A DNA stretch of 20,000 nucleotides from Catajapyx aquilonaris (Eukaryota): the NCBI GenBank assembly GCA_000934665.2, contig KZ538515.1, positions 50,645 to 70,644 on the forward strand, written 5' to 3'. A program made the translations under genes and the position numbers. Of this stretch, positions 11,889 through 20,000 are shown in pieces. Numbering within the stretch: position 1 is the stretch's first letter; each line of letters starts with the position of its first letter. Below the pieces are notes generated by a model. It did no database searches and was not told the DNA's origin. It was given only the letters and a program-made list of their open reading frames with translations.

Positions 11889-12985
11889 TTGCGTGCAGTG
11901 TTGCCATGCCTAAGAGCAACCCCCAGGAGTGGTGCCGAGAGGTCACGAGGCATACTTTTCCGCGAGCCAAAATAGCCTAGCTGACTAATTAGACTATCAT
12001 ATGGCCTATTTCTCATTACGTGTGTAGTAATTCCGCTCGTTTATTTCAAAGTGGAAATGGGCATCATAGGAATTAAGCTGATTAGGTCCGTACCTTTTTT
12101 TTAAAAAAATGTCCAAATGAAAGCGACATATTTTGATGAGCGGAAATTAGGTGGATTCGTCCACTAAAATGGATATATTTAAATATTTGACAAAAAAAAT
12201 TTTGAGCCCGACTGTACCTCCAAATGTAGGTCAGATGGGGAAGTTGCACTGGCAATACCCAATGTTTTGGGTGCGAGGTCAAGTACGGAAAGAAAAGCCT
12301 CATTTTCCTCCCTCGCACGCGAAAACTTGGCGCCTTCTTCGAGCGCTGCCAACATAAACGGCATGATTGCCAACAGTTGTTTTTTTCGCGCATTTACAAT
12401 ACAGCACCCCCCCCCCCCCCCCCGTTCCACCTCTCCAACCCTGCAAACTTCCAACATCCAATCCCAGTGATAAGTAGAGGCGGTCAAGGACTGTAAAGTA
12501 GGCCACGACGCATTAAAAAAAAAAAATCTACTCATAATCACAAAAAAATGCGATATTCATGCATTTGCATTTTAAAAATCGAGAGTGGACCGTAAAGTGG
12601 AAAGTTATGTCAGCATTTCATATGCGAAGTGCAACTGATGAATGAAACCTCGCCTCAGGTTTGTACCCCCCACAAAACTAGGGTTGGAATTATCTTGGGT
12701 ATATATAGGCCTGTATATAAAAAAAATGGGTAGGACCAGGATAGCTAATGCGTATTGATTTAGTTTTTTTTTCAGGTTCTGTCGACCTACTTTGCTGGTC
12801 CCTCCACACTTCATACATCAGTAATCATCTTTTCCGATTGTTCTCTGATAGATCCATTGCGGTTATATTTATACCATATCATATATAGTCGATCACTGAC
12901 ATTTAAATAACCCATACATCCAAACCACCCACACGCACCTTTAAAAAAAAACTCTGCACAATATTCCACACACAAATTTATTTAA

Positions 12986-12988
<3 letters not shown>

Positions 12989-13074
<86 letters not shown>
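12989..13074. repeat. (AT)43 microsatellite
   Basis: Perfect 86-bp dinucleotide run. Confidence 0.98.
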
Positions 13075-13078
<4 letters not shown>

Positions 13079-13079
13079 C

Positions 13080-13311
13080 AAGCCGTTTGTAACAATCCTG
13101 CTGTTGGCCCCTTGGAGGCAATGGGCATCCTCTCTTTTTGGGAGTTTCTATCTCCGCATCCTCCTCCTCCTCCCACCATCCCTCCCCTCTTCCCCTCTCC
13201 ACCACCACCACCTCCTTCCAGCAGCAGAGGCAGCTGGATCTGGCCTAGCTATCGATCTCCATTCCCAGGGCATTGCCCTCTCACAAGGGCGTAGCTATAC
13301 TACGCTGGGAC
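13080..13311 (-). other. Candidate non-coding exon of a minus-strand transcript (3' boundary unknown)
   Basis: Strong acceptor on the - strand: a (CT)n tract then TTCTTTTTTTTGTATGTACGTATTCCAG|G at 13312/13311. The segment is GC-rich but has no clear donor or credible ORF. Confidence 0.25.
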
Positions 13312-13339
13312 CTGGAATACGTACATACAAAAAAAAGAA

Positions 13340-13342
<3 letters not shown>

Positions 13343-13379
<37 letters not shown>
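13343..13379. repeat. Imperfect (GA)n microsatellite
   Basis: Direct reading of the sequence. Confidence 0.9.
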
Positions 13380-14499
13380 ATCCTTCCACGCAGGGTTGCC
13401 AACTTGCAGGACAGGATGTTAAGGTTATTTTATAGCACTGAGTCACGTCGACATCAACTATATTTGTGTCACTGGAACACTCACTCAATTTATTTATTTT
13501 TTAAAAAACGTACAATTCATAATCAAATAACAAAATTGGTTATAAAAACAGTAAATATTATAATTCGGGCAAAATTGTTGCGTATTTAAACATTTGAAAA
13601 TATGGCGGGAAAATTTATTTTTAATTCCTAGCAAAAATACAGGGGAGTCAAAAAAAAAAGCCACCAGTTTTGCCTTCGTTTCTTTGGAAAATGTTGTGGT
13701 AGGGCTCCCAAAATAAAGGGGCTGTGCGTCCCCCCCTCCATCCACTCCCTACCCCCCCAACCTTTTTCGCCCACCCTTCTACCTCCCTCTTTCCCCAACA
13801 GTACTGGATCAATATAGGCAGCAAGGGAAGATAGGTATATACAGAAAGGAGGAAGAGAAAGGCGAAGAGGGCATTCACCCACCTACGCCGCCAGAAAATT
13901 TGACAGCCCCTCTACCAACCCACTCACACACACACACACACACAAAAAAAAAGAGAAGCAGAAGAGGGGGGGGGGGGNTGTTGGCATGGGGAGGGGGTAG
14001 GGGGGTAGGGGGTGGCTGACCTGTTGGTATATTCATGGGGCGTCTCTAACAGTTGCAGCTCTCATAATTCCCAGCGTGCTTCTTAATGTTCTCGTTATTA
14101 TTGCAATTCTGTGATGGTTAGGAGGGCGAGTGTCAATTGGCATGTTGATAGTGTGGCATAATTTTACGTGGGAGGTAAAAACTGGGTGGCGTGTGAAACT
14201 ATAGGTGGGAATAGGCAACAAGTTAATAAAAGTTATAAAATGTGTAGGTGTAATGGTTACTGGAGGCATTTCAGGTGCTGAACTTGACTTCATTATGGTG
14301 TCCTTGTGCTGTAATGCGATAATATATTTTATTACTTGGCGTGTATTAGCTATTGATACTAATATTATTAATAATTCTAGGAAGCCTTGCGCAGTAACCT
14401 TATATTTCGTCCATTATCACAGCCGCACTAATTAGTGATGTCATCAAGTAATTTGGTATAAACTAAATTCTGAGATTGAAAAGATTTGATTTCTGAACA

Positions 14500-14640
14500 A
14501 TGCCGCTCACTTGTGAGCGGGGCGGCAAATAAAACGCTCAGGCGTCTCCAATATGCCAACGCCATCTCTTGGTCACTGAGCGCGCGAGTAGAAGGTGTAG
14601 AATATACAGTCATGGTAATATCGTATTGCTTAGTAACAAC
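14500..14640 (+). promoter_or_regulatory. Candidate promoter of the + strand small gene
   Basis: CpG-rich patch with a palindrome CCGCTCAC-TT-GTGAGCGG (14503-14520), CCAAT at 14548, a CTCF-like GACCAAGAGATGGCGT (- strand, 14559-14574) and an RFX X-box-like GTTACTAAGCAAT (- strand, 14625-14637). It lies just upstream of two good donors. Confidence 0.5.
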
Positions 14641-14743
14641 AGTGACCGGGTTGTATTGTTGGCTGTTAGGATTAAAATCTAGAGTACCTGCATACAGCCC
14701 GCATTTTCATGTCGTTCTCGGTCCTCAACATTTTCAACGTTCG
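14600..14743 (+). other. Exon 1 (5'UTR/uORF) of the + strand gene; start approximate
   Basis: Donor TCG|GTAAGG at 14743/14744, giving a 121-nt intron to the acceptor at 14864. Confidence 0.5.
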
Positions 14744-14864
14744 GTAAGGATGCTGTATCAATCTTTACCCGAGTGTCTGTCAAATTTTCTTAGCCAGCCT
14801 GCATATATTTAATAAAAAACACAAATTATATAGGATTGAATAATCGTATGATTTCTTTTGTTAG

Positions 14865-14965
14865 TCTAGCTCAAAGCAAGGCGGCCTCTTATGCGTGGCA
14901 TATTGCAGCGAAGGAAACCTATCTTGATTGATGTCGGAATTAATCGTCTTTCTTGAGAATTATAG
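14865..14965 (+). other. Exon 2 (5'UTR/uORFs) of the + strand gene
   Basis: Acceptor ATTTCTTTTGTTAG| at 14864 and consensus donor TAG|GTAAGT at 14965/14966. Confidence 0.6.
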
Positions 14966-17812
14966 GTAAGTTAGACACCAGCTTTTTTTTTATAGGTCAG
15001 TTGAATTTTGACATGTGTCTTTAGTACAGAGAATGAGGCTTATGATATGATTTTTGGGCAACTGTGGCCCAAAATTTTCAGAAATATAAGTACTACATTG
15101 GCAACATGGGTTCCTGAATTCGGTTTGGATCAAAGTTTAACCATGATTTAATTGCACTTTTTTGTTAGATTATCTACACCTTGACTCTTGCCTCGAATAA
15201 TGCAACCCGGCCAGGGTTGGTTAGTAAATATATAGTTAAACCATACTAAGGGGTTGGTCCTTGGTATTCATTCATGTTGTTGCTGATCATGAATAACAAG
15301 GATCGAACATTTGTTCTGGATTAATTCTCGATCACGCAACCAGTCTTTGGATATGTAATTTCAAACATTTCAACAATGTATAATGGCGACGGTTTGGAGC
15401 GTAGATAGACTCGCACGTGAAATAGTAACTATGAGAGATATCAAAAGGCAACTCGAGGCATAAAATGTCGGGAATAAATTCATATACCTGTAACATATGT
15501 ATTTTCCAGTTCCATTTGTACGTGCAGAAGTTGTTATGCTTAAAAATCCCGTACAGCTGTCAGCGTTCCCGAAACGATTGCTTTTTTTTGTTTGTTAATA
15601 TGCAACCTGTATGGAACACACACCGAGACACAAACTCTTAAAATATAACTATGATAGAAAATGTTTAAGGTCTCGATAGTAACTTTAAAAGGGTACCAAT
15701 TTGATGCATGCCTTGATAACATTACGCGCGCATTACAAACTCATTGACCATGACTAAGATGTAGAGGGACAGGTATCAGGACTAGCAAAGAACAACTAGA
15801 GGGTAAATATATTGTGTATATTGCCGTAACATAATGTGCATATTTAGCATACCTATTACCTCAACATGGCGTCAGTATCACGTGAATTTCAGTTTATAAG
15901 TTTTAGAACATGAAGAGATTGCCTAAATATAACCTTCCATAATCAGTATTAAGCCATTTTTTACACTTAATAAAATAAAATAAAATAAAAACTAGGAAGT
16001 GACATCATTTTCCTTCATGTTGGGAAAAATAACCTTTGATCACATTTACATTCATTGTGGAATGCAAATTATCATAGATGTCTAAAAACAACTAGAGACA
16101 GAAGATGTCTGGGGTGTAATGTATACTTGTTAAAGAGGTTTTGATTTTAAATGTATTGCACAACAGGGCAAAACTATAGACATATCGTGTTTTACTATAG
16201 CAGTTGATCTCTGATGTTCATTAACAATTCTGCAGATTTTATATAGGTTTCACAAATGACACTTAAAATACAGTACATATTTATAATCGAAGTACAGGTC
16301 CAGTAAGATATCATTTGTACCAGCATAATCAATATAAACCGAAATTAAACATTACAGTACAATGCAGAATGCAATATTCATGCTAATGACTTCTAATGGA
16401 TACGTTGGTCTCACTGTGTACCAATTGAGGTGATATTACAATTAGCTACTTTTCCCTCTAAGGTGCTTATTTTATAGCAGTCACTTTCCACCAGCTTTCC
16501 ACCAGTTGCTTTTGGAGTCTATCGAATATATTATCTTATAATATTAAGTTGAGCTGAAGCATATTCCACGTTTCCCCCCAAACATTTCCTGCCATAAGTC
16601 ATTAGCATATAAAACTGACTGGACCATCAAAAAGTACTCGTGAATGACATCATGCCTAACTCAATTTCAATCCAAATGGAAATTATAATTCTGTATATTA
16701 TATACAGAAGCATACCGTACATTGACACGTCTTTGTTGGAGAGCAATATTTTTATGCTGGCACAATGTACACAACTTATTGAAGGTGAATATGAGTGTGT
16801 CATTTCATGGAATGAGGTACCAATTTTATTGCGTCTATTGAGAATATTGTGGAATGAAATGCGATAGAGTGTCCTAAAGGCGCAACACTTATTCAGTGCG
16901 AGCTGCTATGATTGTCCTGCAAATAATTATATACGGAGTGTTTTTATGGCATGTCTGTTGCCAGACTTTCTATACATTAAGTATACTAGGCCTACTATAA
17001 AAGCCAGCTGTAGTAGTGAACTTCCATCCTTATGAATGATTGAAATTTATTGAATTAGAATATCTCTTCGCACAGAGCGGCTATTACAGTGGTGACTGGC
17101 GATATTTTATGGCTATACTCTATCCATCCTTGCAAATATATACAAAATATTTACCGGTACAATACACCTTGTTTAATTGTCTATGTATGCTGTATAACTT
17201 TCCCAGGAAATATTTATCACTCGAATGAATCCTACCTAAATGCTCTCAACAAGATGAAATAAATGCACATCAGAGATTGGCATCCAGAACAGAATTATGA
17301 CCACATGAAATTTCAGAACTTGCAGAACGGTTTGAAATATTTGATATAAGTGTATTAATATGAGATTGACATTTTATGCCTCTACCGACTTTTTAATATT
17401 TAGATTAGGTTACCGCTTTTCCCATAGATAATACGACCTCTAAAGGCGCACACTTGCACCCATAGATATCTATGCTTGCACCATTCAACTACTTGCTAAC
17501 AAATCAGCTGATCCTGACCCCTGACGCTTTTGAAATGCTTATCGTGTGAAAAGTACTATGCTGTATAGAGTCTCAACAAACCATCTGTCCAAAATTATGA
17601 TGGACTATAGGATTTATGAGGGGAAAATTACGTAGTCAAGCGTATATAGACCATGGCATAAGGACTACAACATGTGATATAGACCAGTAAATGAAAGACT
17701 TGAGGTAAAAAAAAAATATATTGAAAGCTTAAAATGACGAGTAGTGAAGACACCTCATCATATTCCGAAATTTTTCAGGCGCTACTTCCCCCGTCGTCAT
17801 GAAAAAATGACT

Positions 17813-18428
17813 CCAAAACACGTTTCGATAAAACCTTTTTTGCCTCCACAGATAAGGCTCGAACAGGTTTTTGTGTTCAGTTCTACACTCTATTCAAACA
17901 AAAATATTTCACAAGGTGCTCATCAGATGTATAGTCTACAATTCGGTAACTATAGATATGCATACATGAACGGAATAACCAGATATGTGACAAAAATGAA
18001 ATTTTACGCGGCACAAATAGAAAGAGTAAAATAATAACTCCTGATTTTGTTAGTTGTATGATTTTCTCGCGACGGCATTCAGACATGTCTATACTTTTTT
18101 TTCAATTTTTATTATACAGTACTTACAGAAATTTCATAAGTATGCAGTATCATCTTGTAGCTGATAACGTTGTGCATAACATTCATTTGCAATACATTTC
18201 TGCAGGGCCCATGCTCTACATGCCACAATGCACAAAATAATGTAGAATGGTCCATATCGACACTGCATATTAGAGTTCAGACGATGACCTATGATCTCTA
18301 TGCGCTCATTCATGGCCTTAAAATAATACATGACCCATATTACACACATAAAGTAGTACTGAACACAAAAAATATGTTCGAGCCTAATTCGTGGGGATAA
18401 AGAAGGGTTTACCGAAGCGTTTTTTTGG
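17813..18428. mobile_element. Inverted-repeat pair (relic MITE arms) in the putative intron 2
   Basis: 17813-17886 (CCAAAACACGTTTCGATAAAACC..AGGCTCGAACAGGTTTTTGTGTTCAGTTCTAC) matches the reverse complement of 18353-18428 (CCAAAAAAACGCTTCGGTAAACCC..AGGCTCGAACATATTTTTTGTGTTCAGTACTAC). Termini and TSD not resolved. Confidence 0.7.
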
Positions 18429-18628
18429 CATATGAAACTGTCTGATTTTGCCACACCGCTGCCAATGTTAAGCCTTCACCAGCAATTAATTTTGGCTGCG
18501 CCCCCTACATATTACGACTCTCTATTTCCTGGAGCCTTCTTTGCTTAAGTATAGCACAATGTTTGATTGGTTTCAGTGGAGCTTGGAACAATTTGGAATA
18601 ACTTGGACCTCCTGCAAAATTTATTAAA

Positions 18629-18934
18629 ATGGCTTCCGTGAATCCGGCCACTGAGGAGTTGCAGGAGGATATAGCAACAGAATCAATGTCCATGGAACAA
18701 ATGCCAGCCCTCTGTGTAACATTGGACGAGGCGGTCGTGGAGGCCCCAGCTTCCTCGATAACACGACCGTTGACCCAGGGTGAGGTCGAAATGGCCATGG
18801 TTAACGCCAAAATCTTCTTTGGTGACAGCATCATACCCGATGACGAAAACTCTATCCAGGTTGACGAAGTCCGGCCTGAACACGATGCCCAACCAGGTTC
18901 AGTCGCCCTACAGGAGAGCTCACAGTTCGTATAA
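18629..18934 (+). CDS. Uncharacterised 101-aa acidic protein, coding region within one exon (exon 3, starting 18577)
   Basis: Acceptor TGGTTTCAG| at 18576, strong start context AAAATGG, in-frame upstream TAA at 18599. GC is clearly higher than in the flanks. The composition is natural and E/D/S/A-rich, with a likely amphipathic segment LTQGEVEMAMVNAKIFFGD. No family recognised. Confidence 0.65.
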   Translation: MASVNPATEELQEDIATESMSMEQMPALCVTLDEAVVEAPASSITRPLTQGEVEMAMVNAKIFFGDSIIPDDENSIQVDEVRPEHDAQPGSVALQESSQFV

Positions 18935-18945
18935 TATGATGTTAG

Positions 18946-19004
18946 CTGCAACCAGAGAAGGCCACTGCTGTCGTTCTGACGTCAGTGCCCTTCTCTGTTT
19001 GCAG
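18946..19004 (+). other. Long stem-loop at the start of the 3'UTR
   Basis: CTGCAACCAGAGAAGGCCACTG pairs with CAGTGCCCTTCTCTGTTTGCAG at 20 of 22 positions. An inner TGTCG/TGACG stem closes a TTC loop. Confidence 0.75.
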
Positions 19005-19270
19005 AGGTTTTAGTAGGTTATAATGACGAAGCATAAGGTTCCAATGTAAGAGTTGTCCGACATCTTTGGTTTCAACAGCATTTAAGATAAATCAAATCCA
19101 TACTTTCGTCTTCATTTGCTGTTCATCTCGTGAATAGTGCTTGGAAAATGATTATAAACTTATACTTGTACAAGGGTGAATCAAAATTACGTATGTAATG
19201 GAAATTCTAGGGGTACATTGTTGCTTTTATAATTTAAAGCGGACCTTATTTTCCGGACGCGGCAATATAT

Positions 19271-19656
19271 CAGGGTATATTTCCTGTAATTCGGGACAGA
19301 CTTCTAGGGTGTGTAGGGGCTGCCTAAAATTGCTTCTCAATAGAGAAGCAATTTGAGATGGAACACCCATGGTAAGAAACCCATCCCAACGACGCTACAG
19401 CTAGGGCCTTCAAAATCCCATTATTGTAAAAATTATTCAATTGTTGAACGAAATTGTTTATAACAACTAAACAATGAGCACAATGGAATAAGACAACAAT
19501 AATGTATTGTTACGTACAATAATGGGATGTCAATGAACCTTTGAGGCTTTCTAGCTCCTTTGGGATGGGTTTCCGATCATGCCCAATCTCAAATTGCTTC
19601 TCTAGGCAGCCCCTACACACCCTAGAAGTCTGTCTCGAATTACAGGAAACATCCTG
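19271..19656. mobile_element. Tc1/mariner-type MITE with ~100-120-bp terminal inverted repeats
   Basis: 19271-19389 (CAGGGTATATTTCCTGTAATTCGGGACAGACTTCTAGGGTGTGTAGGGGCTGCCTA..GAAACCCATCCCAA) matches the reverse complement of 19560-19656 (CAGGATGTTTCCTGTAATTCGAGACAGACTTCTAGGGTGTGTAGGGGCTGCCTA..GAAACCCATCCCAA). TA follows at 19657-19658. Confidence 0.9.
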
Positions 19657-19837
19657 TATATAACCAATTTCCAGATAATGACCTAGGTCTATACAGTATA
19701 TAGACCTAAGTCCTTTTTTGGGGGAAATTGGTGCATTCAAATTTAGTTCAGAGTTTTTAAAATGTCGCCGCACATTTTCCCAAATTCCAGCATTTTCTCG
19801 GCACAAAATCTCGCATAAGGGTATAAAATTAATAATA

Positions 19838-20000
19838 CAGGGTGATCCAACTCTATGGCACCAGTAGTTATTGAAAAAATCGCGCAAGCTGCTAGTTTAT
19901 AAACAAGTCGTTGCTAAGAGATCAATAAGAGTTACTTTCTGGAGAATCGGGAATAGCACCTGTTGATATTAGGTCCAATGGCCATGTAACAATAATATTT
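19838..20000. mobile_element. Probable left end of another CAGGGTGATCC MITE, truncated by the window edge
   Basis: TA|CAGGGTGATCC at 19836-19848 is identical to the terminus of the 5907 element. The partner TIR is not in the window. Confidence 0.5.

Noticed and set aside
13391..13403. CAGGGTTGCCAAC TIR-like motif (also CAGAGCTGGCAA at 454)
   Set aside because: No partner inverted repeat or TSD found.
13104..13589. Longest ORF in the track (161 aa)
   Set aside because: TTG start; it runs through CCT/CCA and GA microsatellites and AT-rich DNA and is not protein-like.
14511..14520. TTGTGAGCGG, identical to part of the lac operator
   Set aside because: Only 10 bp with no vector context; a chance match within a local palindrome.
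18577..18641. Alternative-frame peptide (V)ELGTIWNNLDLLQNLLKWLP* overlapping the main ATG
   Set aside because: When spliced to exon 2 this frame is closed by an upstream TAA with no ATG, and no supporting intermediate exon was found.
18505..18951. 148-aa minus-strand ORF
   Set aside because: Antisense shadow of the 18629-18934 CDS.
18936..19062. Possible SECIS element (ATGA...AA...GA)
   Set aside because: Helix II cannot form between the ATGA and GA motifs, and the CDS has no in-frame TGA.
1..20000. CRISPR array, tRNA/rRNA, prokaryotic defence system or autonomous transposase
   Set aside because: No regularly spaced repeats, no tRNA A/B-box cloverleaf, and no long ORF with transposase or RT motifs.

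Overview
This is AT-rich (about 35-40% GC by eye), almost entirely non-coding animal genomic DNA. An invertebrate origin is inferred from the microsatellites, poly-C/G runs, MITEs and GT-AG splice signals. It is not prokaryotic: I see no operons, CRISPR arrays, rRNA or tRNA. Best-supported content: (1) a small three-exon + strand gene (exon 1 ~14600-14743, exon 2 14865-14965, exon 3 from 18577) encoding an unrecognised 101-aa acidic protein (18629-18934), preceded by spliced uORFs and followed by a 59-nt hairpin; (2) a motif-dense regulatory region at ~7.7-14 kb (E2F cluster, CACGTG E-boxes, CREs, recurrent IR1 nuclear-receptor-like elements), probably serving a - strand gene whose coding part lies mostly left of the window; (3) several non-autonomous DNA transposons (Tc1/mariner-type CAGGGTG MITEs, a CAGGGGCGTA MITE with a 7-bp TSD, other foldbacks, a probable Helitron 3' end); (4) several microsatellites. 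Almost all other ORFs in the track look spurious. No gene could be named.
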